A stretch of 35,245 bases of DNA. It comes from an uncultured Clostridia bacterium. Its GTDB lineage: Bacteria > Bacillota > Clostridia > TANB77 > CAG-465. Both the position numbers and the translations under genes were made by a program. Positions 1 to 7,661 of this stretch are shown in pieces. The DNA lies in assembly GCA_947628575.1 (NCBI GenBank), contig CANRAK010000001.1, positions 1 to 35,245 on the forward strand, read 5' to 3'. Under the pieces are notes generated by a model, which was not told where the DNA came from, made no database searches, and was given only the letters and a program-made list of their open reading frames with translations. Numbering within the stretch: position 1 is the stretch's first letter; every line of letters starts with the position of its first letter.

Positions 1-1031
1 ACAAAGAATGCCCATGATTCTGAGAAGTTTGGTCTTAAAACAACAACTCTGGAACCATCTTTCATTTCATTTATTTTGTAACCTACTGATTCAGATAATT
101 GACCTGGATTATTATATTTATATATGTTTTGACATACTCTTTTTAGCTCAGCTTCACTACCAAATGATAAGAAAGATAAATATGTAGCTTTACCTTTATA
201 GAATATCCATACTGAGTCGTATGACATTGGTATTTTAGCTTCATTCATCTGTGTTATATAATCATCCATATCTGTCAATTGATCAAGAAATGATGGTGGA
301 ATACCTGATACACCACCAGATACACCATCGATATTCATATCTCTTATATCATCTACTACACTATATCCTTTGTATTCCTGATAAACTCTTTGTACAACAA
401 TTTCTAGTTTATCCTCAAAAGATAAAGTCTCAGGTGATACCTCATCTGTAAATATATCATCTATTTCTTTTGCTGTAATAACATAAGATGGTACTGTAGA
501 ATCAAATTCATATTTTGGATAATCTAATGCGTATTTTGTTATTATCTTAGTTAATGCTTCTGCTTTATATGTCTTTTTGTATATATGCATTAATATTTCA
601 AATTTATCTTGTGATGTTAGTTCATTAAAATTATTAAATGGTATTGCGTGATTTATATTAAAATTATTTACTTTATAATCATTTTTTAATAAATCAAACA
701 TTAATGATTTAACATATTTTTTATCATTAGCATCTGCATACCCTGCACCTTTTAATGCTCTTTTTAATTCATATTTAACATTTTTTCTTCTTTCAAATTC
801 TTCTTCAGATAATGCTAAATCATATAGGTTCATTCTTGTAATCTCATCAAATTGCTTCTTTATATAATTTTGCATAGCAGAAAGACTATATGTTGTCTTT
901 TCTCTTGTTAAACTATCTTCTACCATCTGATCTGCTCCAGATTTTTTTACTCTATAGTAGAAAAATCCAGCTATAAATGCTAGTAAAAGTAATATTAACA
1001 AAATATTAAATATAAATGCAACTGACATCAT
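1..1031 (-). CDS. cpaF: Tad/Flp-type secretion ATPase (CpaF/TadA family), N-terminal 343 codons; 3' end lies outside the window
   Basis: Not in the ORF track because it has no stop inside the window. Hand translation of the minus strand from ATG 1031 is open to base 1. A second ATG at 1028 is better spaced from the AGGGGTG RBS at 1034-1040. GYSVVDDIRDMNIDG and the terminal KDGSRVVVLRPNFSESWAFF match the conserved blocks that precede RKF and the Walker A in CpaF/TadA/VirB11-type ATPases. It lies directly after cpaB and two ParA-like genes. The Walker motifs themselves are beyond the window. Confidence 0.65.
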   Translation of the reverse strand, partial: MMSVAFIFNILLILLLLAFIAGFFYYRVKKSGADQMVEDSLTREKTTYSLSAMQNYIKKQFDEITRMNLYDLALSEEEFERRKNVKYELKRALKGAGYADANDKKYVKSLMFDLLKNDYKVNNFNINHAIPFNNFNELTSQDKFEILMHIYKKTYKAEALTKIITKYALDYPKYEFDSTVPSYVITAKEIDDIFTDEVSPETLSFEDKLEIVVQRVYQEYKGYSVVDDIRDMNIDGVSGGVSGIPPSFLDQLTDMDDYITQMNEAKIPMSYDSVWIFYKGKATYLSFLSFGSEAELKRVCQNIYKYNNPGQLSESVGYKINEMKDGSRVVVLRPNFSESWAFF

Positions 1032-1049
1032 ATCACCCCTCTTACTTTT

Positions 1050-1862
1050 TTACTCTTTTATTTTTAATGTTTTAACAATTTCCTCAACTATTTCTGTTGT
1101 TCTTAATATAAATTCACCATTATAATCTTTAGCAGGTGCATTTATATTTTTGTATAAAAAGTCTAATATATTTCCATCATTGCACGCATCTGCAAATAGA
1201 TAATTATGTGGTAATACATACAATGGTTCAGGTAATTTATATTTTAATTTTACATTAAATATATTATACCTTGATCCACTTTCATAATTTCCAAGTGTGT
1301 ATATTATCTTTTTATTTTTTAGACTATCTAAACTCTCAACTTTTTTTAATACATTAGTTAGTCTTTCTATTTCTTGTGGTATAACACAAACAACAATATC
1401 TGCTTGCTCTAATACTCTAATTGTACTGTCATCTGTTGTAGTTTTAGGTAAATCTATAAAAACTAAATCGTATACTTCATCTGCATTTTTTGCTATAAGT
1501 GGCATACTTAGTAAATTTTCTCTCTCCTCAGTTACTGTATTAGCAATCGCACTATATAGTATATCTAATCTTCCTTTTAGAACTGGCTTTGAATAGTTTT
1601 GTATTATATCTGGAGATAGTTTATTACTTTTAATTAAACGCATAATAGCATTCATTCCTAAATTAGTATCATTAAAACTGTTAGCATTTACTAAGTCATC
1701 ATATAATGTGAAAGCTGATGCTATTTTCTTTGAATTCGAATTTGCATCAATTAATAGTCCACTTGTCTTATGTGTTATCCCCATTAATGAACTTACTGCG
1801 ATAGCTGTATGTGTACTTCCGCTTGTTCCTTGTTCTGGGCTCCAAAAAACAATTTTTGCCAT
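1050..1862 (-). CDS. ParA/MinD-fold protein, CpaE/TadZ-like, with degenerate Walker A
   Basis: 270 aa with an ATG start. The N-terminus KIVFWSPEQGTSGSTHTAIAVS aligns to the MinD/ParA P-loop (xxSxKGGxGKTT), but both lysines are replaced. VFIDLP is a Walker-B-like strand. Its start overlaps the upstream stop as TAATG at 1860-1864. It sits between cpaB and cpaF, where tadZ/cpaE normally lies. Confidence 0.6.
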   Translation of the reverse strand: MAKIVFWSPEQGTSGSTHTAIAVSSLMGITHKTSGLLIDANSNSKKIASAFTLYDDLVNANSFNDTNLGMNAIMRLIKSNKLSPDIIQNYSKPVLKGRLDILYSAIANTVTEERENLLSMPLIAKNADEVYDLVFIDLPKTTTDDSTIRVLEQADIVVCVIPQEIERLTNVLKKVESLDSLKNKKIIYTLGNYESGSRYNIFNVKLKYKLPEPLYVLPHNYLFADACNDGNILDFLYKNINAPAKDYNGEFILRTTEIVEEIVKTLKIKE

Positions 1863-2569
1863 TAATTTTTCCTCCTTTTAATTTGTTTTTGTATTTCTTT
1901 TGATGACTCATCACCTAATAACTTTGAAACAAATTCAGACATATAGTATAAATAAGTTTTAGTATGTCTTTTTATATCTATAAGTCCACTAAATTGAGAG
2001 TCTATATTAATCATTGTATCTTGTTCATCATTACTTATATCATATACCTCATCAGTCCATTTTACTGCATAGTTAGATATCTTATCTTCTAAGTATGTAG
2101 TAGCCGCTCTAGACATATATGCACGATATAACACTTTAGAAAATTCAAGCTCACTTTCTGGATTAAGTTCTCTCATTTTTCTTACTAATTCCTCATTTTT
2201 ATTTACAGATACCAAATTAGTATCTATAAACATATATGCCTTATTTGTAGCTAGTGAATTAAACTTTTCATACATCTGTGCATTTTCTATATCTATGATA
2301 ACGTAACTATATAAGTTTATATCTATATTTTTTTCTTGCATATATTCTTCAACTTCTTGATAAGAATCAAAGCCTATTGCAAAATCTACCTCAGCATATT
2401 GTGTTATATACTTGTCTTTATTTTCTATTGCTGGAATTATATATTTATATTTCTTATCTGCAGTAGCATCTATTACTAAAGCTGACCTATCCATTATATT
2501 TAATGTTTTTGCTACAGCAATTACGAAATCATATTTATCTACATATCCATACATTCCAATTACTTGCAT
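1862..2569 (-). CDS. Hypothetical protein, possibly a second P-loop-less ParA-fold paralog
   Basis: 235 aa, ATG preceded by GGAGGT. The pattern of short hydrophobic strands (VIGMYG, ALVIDAT, YVIIDIE, AYMFIDTN) resembles a ParA/MinD fold, but there is no glycine-rich loop or lysine after the first strand. The functional call is inference only. Confidence 0.45.
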   Translation of the reverse strand: MQVIGMYGYVDKYDFVIAVAKTLNIMDRSALVIDATADKKYKYIIPAIENKDKYITQYAEVDFAIGFDSYQEVEEYMQEKNIDINLYSYVIIDIENAQMYEKFNSLATNKAYMFIDTNLVSVNKNEELVRKMRELNPESELEFSKVLYRAYMSRAATTYLEDKISNYAVKWTDEVYDISNDEQDTMINIDSQFSGLIDIKRHTKTYLYYMSEFVSKLLGDESSKEIQKQIKRRKN

Positions 2570-2582
2570 CTAGTTACCTCCA

Positions 2583-3617
2583 TTAATTAACTCCTTCTAA
2601 TAAGTTTTCTCTTTCTGTTTGTTGAGTAATAATTGATTGTTGTGCACCAGTAACAACATTTTCATAATTATCATTATTTTGTGATTTATAATTTTTAATA
2701 CCACTTTCAATTGTTGATCTAGCTTCTGCATTTAATCTTGATAACTCTTGTTTAGCATTTGTTAATAGATATTGATTTGATTTCATTGCATTCATAACTT
2801 GTGAATTTGGTTGATAGTTTTGAGTAGTTTTTGTTGCTGCATTAGCAAAGTTTTTATACTCAATTATTAAATTTAATATTTCTGAAGCTGCTTCTTCTTC
2901 TTTCATCTTAGATATTTTCTTCCAATCATCTTGGATTTTTGTTTGAATATATCCTCTTGTTTCACTTTCAATGTCATCTGTTTTTTTAACTTGTGCATCA
3001 CTATCTGCATATCTTAAAGCATATAGTTTTGAGCCACTATATAGATATGAATCTACAGTTGCACAGTTTAATAGTTGAATTTCATCTTCAGATAAAGTGC
3101 ACCAAAAAGTTGTATCATATATTTTATCTATAGTCTTTTGAGCAAGTACGATATAATCTGTACCATTAGGATACATTATTCTAATATCTACTGTATCACC
3201 TTCTACTAAGTCACTAGGCATAAGTACAGAATTTATCTCTACATTTCTTACGTCAGCAGCTACTACTGTATCACTTACCATATCTCTTGTAATTGGTACT
3301 TTTGCAGCTATACTATATTTAGCTGTAAGTCCTACTACTTCTGTAGCATTAACTACTCCTGTTGGTACAGTTTGGTTATTTACATTAACAGTTTCAATCA
3401 TATCATTAGTTATAATCTCCCCCTGTACTATATTCTTTTTTAATACTGCAACTGGTGTAGTATAGTTTTTTATATAATTTTTATTAGTACCATTTCTATA
3501 TGATCTTATAGTGAAAAATGACCATACTAATACTCCAACAGCTATTACAATACCTGCACTTGCACCAATAATTATTCCTTGTATTGTTTTCTTTTTTATT
3601 TGACTCATTCCTATCAT
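2583..3617 (-). CDS. cpaB: Flp pilus assembly protein CpaB (SAF plus RcpC domains) with a C-terminal coiled-coil tail
   Basis: 344 aa with an N-terminal TM helix. TPVAVLKKNIVQGEIITNDMIETVNV...VVGLTAKYSIAAKVPITRDMV is a typical SAF domain. It is followed by the beta-clip segment LVEGDTVDIRIMYPNG. GGAGG RBS 10 nt upstream of the ATG. Confidence 0.8.
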   Translation of the reverse strand: MIGMSQIKKKTIQGIIIGASAGIVIAVGVLVWSFFTIRSYRNGTNKNYIKNYTTPVAVLKKNIVQGEIITNDMIETVNVNNQTVPTGVVNATEVVGLTAKYSIAAKVPITRDMVSDTVVAADVRNVEINSVLMPSDLVEGDTVDIRIMYPNGTDYIVLAQKTIDKIYDTTFWCTLSEDEIQLLNCATVDSYLYSGSKLYALRYADSDAQVKKTDDIESETRGYIQTKIQDDWKKISKMKEEEAASEILNLIIEYKNFANAATKTTQNYQPNSQVMNAMKSNQYLLTNAKQELSRLNAEARSTIESGIKNYKSQNNDNYENVVTGAQQSIITQQTERENLLEGVN

Positions 3618-3673
3618 TTGTTATCAACCTCCATAACATAAAAGCCTTATTTTTCGCTTATTTTCCTTTTATA

Positions 3674-3702
3674 AGTATATCTCTAAACGCCTAAAAAATC
3701 AA
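3674..3702 (-). promoter_or_regulatory. Sigma-A-type promoter for the cpaB operon
   Basis: The minus strand reads TTGATT, a 17-nt spacer, then TATACT. This lies about 55 nt upstream of the cpaB ATG and just downstream of the dac terminator. Confidence 0.5.
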
Positions 3703-3840
3703 CCGCGATAAAACAAAATAAATGTCGCATTCCAAATTGAAACAAAAATGTAATTCATACGTAATTTGGCTGAATTATTTAATTGTAACTTATTGTAGAA
3801 AAAAGATTTTTTTATAATTATGTTTACATTTTAAATAAAC

Positions 3841-3876
3841 AAAAAAAAGCTAATTACTTTTTTTGTAAATTAGCTT
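3841..3876 (-). terminator. Rho-independent terminator of the D-Ala-D-Ala carboxypeptidase gene
   Basis: An 8-bp stem, agctaatt (3848-3855) paired with aattagct (3868-3875). On the minus strand it is followed by a run of 8 U (plus-strand A8 at 3841-3848). The stop codon lies in the 5' arm. Confidence 0.7.
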
Positions 3877-5096
3877 TTTTGTGTATTTCGCATAAAAAAT
3901 ACGTTTAATATATAATTAACATACTCGTCTATACTAGATTTTTCAACATTATTGTTTGCTATTATATCGCTCTCCCCTATTTTTTCGTTACTTTCTTTAT
4001 CATATATTTCTATTTTTCCAACTACAGTTCCTTCTGTTATTGGCGCAACTAATGCTTCGTTATATGTAATTATTTGCTGTGTATCTATTTTCTTACCCTT
4101 ATTCATTAATTTGTATATATCATCTTGTATTCTAGTTTCAAGCTTTTTATCTATATTTTTATTAATATTAATTTCTTCTAATATAGTGTTTGAAGAGCAT
4201 ATTTTCTTACTCTCATAATTTGCAAAAGCATAGTCTAACATATTTCTTATTTCTTCATTTCTTATATCTGACGTTGGTGCTTTAAGTGCAACCGCTATAA
4301 ATGTTGTATCTAGACGTGTTGCAGTTGCTACTAAGTTATATAGTGCTTGAGATGTGTAGCCTGTTTTTAGTCCTGTTGCTCCATCATAGTACCTAATTAA
4401 TTTATTTGTATTACTTAGTCCAAACTCGCCATTTCTTAATGTATCCATCCAAATAGAAGTATAGTTTAATATATTTGGATGCTTTGTTATTAGTTCTCTT
4501 GCTATTATTGCTATATCTTTTGCACTCATATAATGTCCTTCTTCGTCTATTCCATGTGGATTCATAAAATGGGTATTTTCTAGTCCGAGTTCTTCAGCCT
4601 TTGCATTCATCATATTAACAAAATTTTCTTCACTTCCACCTAAAAGCTCTGCAACAGCCATTGTTACATCATTTGCACTACTTATTGTAATAGCTTTTAA
4701 TGCCTCATCAATTGTTAATTCTTCGCCTTCTTTAAACCATATCTGAGAACCACCCATCTGGGACGCTTTCTTACTGCATGTTACCTTATCTTCATAGCTT
4801 AGTGCACCTGAATCTATTTGTTCCATAAGTAATAACAAAGTCATTATTTTTGTAACAGAAGCAGGTAGCATTCTTTCATTTTCATTATTTGCATATAATA
4901 TTTCACCAGTAGTAGGCTCTATTAATACCTGAGCATGAGATTGAAATTCAAAGCTTGGAGTTGCAACAGTAGATATACTACTTTGCATTTGTGGCTTGTT
5001 TTTCACCTCGTACAAGTATTTAGCACCTAGTACATAATTTATATTTATTACATTTATGATAATTACCGAAATAACTAATTTAGACAATTTATTCAA
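3870..5096 (-). CDS. D-alanyl-D-alanine carboxypeptidase (peptidase S11, PBP5-type)
   Basis: 408 aa with a signal or anchor sequence. Active-site motifs are SVTK (SxxK), SAND (SxN) and KTGYT (KTG). TTG start at 5096 preceded by GAGGTGG. Confidence 0.9.
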   Translation of the reverse strand: MNKLSKLVISVIIINVININYVLGAKYLYEVKNKPQMQSSISTVATPSFEFQSHAQVLIEPTTGEILYANNENERMLPASVTKIMTLLLLMEQIDSGALSYEDKVTCSKKASQMGGSQIWFKEGEELTIDEALKAITISSANDVTMAVAELLGGSEENFVNMMNAKAEELGLENTHFMNPHGIDEEGHYMSAKDIAIIARELITKHPNILNYTSIWMDTLRNGEFGLSNTNKLIRYYDGATGLKTGYTSQALYNLVATATRLDTTFIAVALKAPTSDIRNEEIRNMLDYAFANYESKKICSSNTILEEININKNIDKKLETRIQDDIYKLMNKGKKIDTQQIITYNEALVAPITEGTVVGKIEIYDKESNEKIGESDIIANNNVEKSSIDEYVNYILNVFFMRNTQKS

Positions 5097-5162
5097 AAAA
5101 CCACCTCAATATATAATATTAATTGTATAAAGGTAATAGAACAAATTGTAATATTTTTTATA

Positions 5163-5933
5163 CTAATTAACTATATAATCTGTGGCAATTTGTATTACTT
5201 TTTCAATTTCACCAGGTTTCTTAAATCTATGATCTGCTCCTTCTATTTTTACAAGTTTAACTTTATCTTTAAATTTATTTTCAAACTGTATAGAATATTT
5301 AATTGGTGCCATATCATCTTCTGTTCCATGTATAATTAATATATTATTTTTCAAGTTGTAGTTGTTTATATAATCATTTTTCTTTAGTTCGTCATAAAAT
5401 TTAAGTTTTACATTTAGCATTCTTCTAAATCCAACTAGCAGTTCCCCTTGTTTAATAAATATATCTTTATTTTCTTTTAATATACTATCTTCAAACGTTT
5501 TTTGCATATTTATAGCTGGACACCTAAATACTATTTTATTATATACATTATTACTATTTCTTAACTTTTCTAGAACAACATTTGCACCATAACTACTAGC
5601 AAAAAGTCCTATTTGTGCATTTTTAAAATTATCCATTACATACTTTTCTACATCATTAAGGTCATTTACACAATTTTCTAATGTAAAATATTCTCCATCA
5701 GTCTCACTTTTTCCATGTCCTGGAAAATCTAAAGTTATAACGCAATAATTATATTTTTCTAAACTATTTGCAAGTTTTAGAATTACTGAACTATCTTTAT
5801 CCCCACAAAAGCCGTGACATGCTATTATAACGTTTTTTATATCCACATTATCCACATTTTCTGGTAAAAACTCATAACAGGATATTTTGTAGTTATTTTT
5901 AGACGAATTTATATTTATCTCTAATCTTATCAT
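5163..5933 (-). CDS. Alpha/beta-fold hydrolase (esterase/lipase-like)
   Basis: 256 aa. HGFCGD oxyanion-region motif, nucleophile elbow FASSYGA (an AxSxG variant of GxSxG), acid in HGTEDDM and histidine in GADHRF. GGGAG RBS. Confidence 0.8.
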   Translation of the reverse strand: MIRLEININSSKNNYKISCYEFLPENVDNVDIKNVIIACHGFCGDKDSSVILKLANSLEKYNYCVITLDFPGHGKSETDGEYFTLENCVNDLNDVEKYVMDNFKNAQIGLFASSYGANVVLEKLRNSNNVYNKIVFRCPAINMQKTFEDSILKENKDIFIKQGELLVGFRRMLNVKLKFYDELKKNDYINNYNLKNNILIIHGTEDDMAPIKYSIQFENKFKDKVKLVKIEGADHRFKKPGEIEKVIQIATDYIVN

Positions 5934-5949
5934 ATTATTTTTTCTCCCT

Positions 5950-5977
5950 AAAAAAACTGCTATTAAAAATAGCAGTT
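5950..5977 (-). terminator. Rho-independent terminator after the DUF4282-like gene
   Basis: A 9-bp stem, aactgctat (5955-5963) paired with atagcagtt (5969-5977), followed on the minus strand by a short U run (plus-strand A run 5950-5954; counts as U7 only if the two closing A-U pairs at 5955-5956 are left unpaired). Confidence 0.65.
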
Positions 5978-5986
5978 CATATTATT

Positions 5987-6469
5987 TTACTCTTCTTCCT
6001 TAACTACTTCAGCTTTAACTTCATTATTTTCTTTTAAAGCTTTTTTCTTAAGGTATGTATTAATTTCAGTAGTATTTCTACACATTACTATTGTAATTAA
6101 TGAGAATTCATAAATTACTCTAATAAGTATATTTCCACCTATTAGCATAAGTACAAAGCCCCAGAAAGAAGTTCCTATTAAAGTAAATGAAGATAATGTT
6201 ATCCATATTGCAAATATTAAATATGTTATTTTTAATACTGTTTCTAATAACATTTTTTTGAAAGTTAATGTATCATAAAGCCATCCTAATACACCTTCGA
6301 ATTTTCCGTCATTTTTCTTACTTAAAAAAGTAAAATATAAAACGATACCGCCAACTAATGCAACAAGTAGTGCAACAATTCCCCATATTGCAGTATCCAT
6401 AGCAGCTCCTGCTGATTTAGTAAGTGCACTTGCAGCAGAGCTTGAGTCATATAAACTTGAACTATACAT
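5987..6469 (-). CDS. Small integral membrane protein, DUF4282-like
   Basis: 160 aa. After an S/A-rich N-terminus there are three hydrophobic helices. The segment TFKKMLLETVLKITYLIFAIW...NILIRVIYEFSLITIVMCRN resembles the DUF4282 signature. AAGGAGG RBS. The family call is by eye. Confidence 0.5.
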   Translation of the reverse strand: MYSSSLYDSSSAASALTKSAGAAMDTAIWGIVALLVALVGGIVLYFTFLSKKNDGKFEGVLGWLYDTLTFKKMLLETVLKITYLIFAIWITLSSFTLIGTSFWGFVLMLIGGNILIRVIYEFSLITIVMCRNTTEINTYLKKKALKENNEVKAEVVKEEE

Positions 6470-6510
6470 AAATTCGCCTCCTTGCTATACTTATACCATA
6501 AAATTCACAT

Positions 6511-7197
6511 TTAATCAACATAAATGTTTAATTTTTTGTATGGTATTTCTACTTCAAATGTTCCCGCAACAAATGGTGCTACTGTATATCCATTAAATAT
6601 AACTATAATTCCATTTTCAGTTAAGATAAAATTACTATAATTTTCTGCTTTAGTATCTAATCCTTTTTCTAGCCATTCTTTATTAGAATACTCTTTAATC
6701 TTTGAGTTTTCCTCTAGTTTACTTTTACACTCTTTCTGCAAGATATCTAACACATCTTCCTGTTTTTTTCTTAAATAGTTAATGTCTATAATTTCATCAT
6801 TTTTATGTACAACTGTAAAATATTCCTCTATCTCATGAGTAACTCCTACATTACTTTTTACATTGAACTTAAAGCTCATAAATTCATTATATTCATAAGT
6901 TTCAAATGATATTTCTAAATATTTATCCTTTCCATTATATGTTGAATTGTTAAATTCATTTATATAGCTATCTATTCTTTTTAAAATAACATTATTTACA
7001 TTTTCATATTTAGTCACAGGATAAAATACATTTATATCTGACGTGCTTGTATTTTCTTTTATATTTTCAATATGAAATTTATCTGTATTACTTGTAACGT
7101 CTTTTACTTCTATAACAGCCTTCTTATTTGAGACTATAGCAGAAGATGCTATAATTACTAAAAACAAAAAAAGAGCAAGTAATTGTTTATGGTTCAT
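6511..7197 (-). CDS. Secreted or anchored protein, DUF4163/DUF3298-like (RsiV-type extracellular fold)
   Basis: 228 aa with an N-terminal signal or anchor (LLALFLFLVIIASSAIV). It then carries INVFYPV...VNNVILKRIDSYINEF, typical of DUF4163, and a C-terminal IIVIFNGYTVAPFVAGTFEVEIPY, typical of DUF3298. AGGTGA RBS. Confidence 0.5.
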   Translation of the reverse strand: MNHKQLLALFLFLVIIASSAIVSNKKAVIEVKDVTSNTDKFHIENIKENTSTSDINVFYPVTKYENVNNVILKRIDSYINEFNNSTYNGKDKYLEISFETYEYNEFMSFKFNVKSNVGVTHEIEEYFTVVHKNDEIIDINYLRKKQEDVLDILQKECKSKLEENSKIKEYSNKEWLEKGLDTKAENYSNFILTENGIIVIFNGYTVAPFVAGTFEVEIPYKKLNIYVD

Positions 7198-7241
7198 ATT
7201 ATCACCTAAAACATTATATGCTCTTTTATATAATTTATTAT

Positions 7242-7649
7242 TTATTTTTCATTAAAATCAAAAGGATCAGTTAAAAATGATGTTGCTTTCTTTATAACTT
7301 CTATGCCATCAATATAGCATATTACATCTATATCTTTGCACATATCAATCATGTACTGTAAACATATTCCACATGGTGTAAGTGTCTTATCTAGCTCATC
7401 ACTGTCTGCTTTTTTTCCAACAACTGCAATAGCTTTGAATTCTTTATCTCCATGAGAAATTGCATTTTGAATTGCATTTCTTTCAGCACATATAGATAAG
7501 TTAGGTATATTTTTATCCTCAACATTAACTCCAATATATACAGTTCCACTTTTAGCAAGTAATGCTGCTCCTACATTATAGTTTGAAATAGGTGCATAAG
7601 CATTATTACATGCCTTTTTAGCTATATTTATTAAATCTTTTTGTGTCAT
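7242..7649 (-). CDS. cdd: Cytidine deaminase (homotetrameric type)
   Basis: 135 aa. Zinc-ligand motifs CAERNAI and PCGICLQ. Lies directly after dgkA, as in the Bacillus ybeY-dgkA-cdd arrangement. Confidence 0.9.
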   Translation of the reverse strand: MTQKDLINIAKKACNNAYAPISNYNVGAALLAKSGTVYIGVNVEDKNIPNLSICAERNAIQNAISHGDKEFKAIAVVGKKADSDELDKTLTPCGICLQYMIDMCKDIDVICYIDGIEVIKKATSFLTDPFDFNEK

Positions 7650-7661
7650 TATATATTCCTC

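Noticed and set aside
251-451. 66-aa plus-strand ORF in the track
   Set aside because: It lies entirely antisense to the open cpaF-like reading frame. It has no RBS, and its H/Y/L-rich composition is typical of a shadow ORF in AT-rich DNA.
3618-3869. Search for a small Flp-type pilin gene or ncRNA upstream of cpaB
   Set aside because: The only minus-strand mini-ORF is 19 codons (MNYIFVSIWNATFILFYRG). It has no RBS and no prepilin-like processing motif. The remainder is explained by a terminator and a promoter.
5839-5856. Tandem DnaA-box-like words ATATCCACA and TTATCCACA (the second an exact consensus)
   Set aside because: Both lie inside the alpha/beta hydrolase coding sequence, where they encode the repeated peptide NVDNVD on the other strand. 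There is no AT-rich unwinding element, no further boxes and no dnaA or dnaN nearby. They are most likely coincidental.
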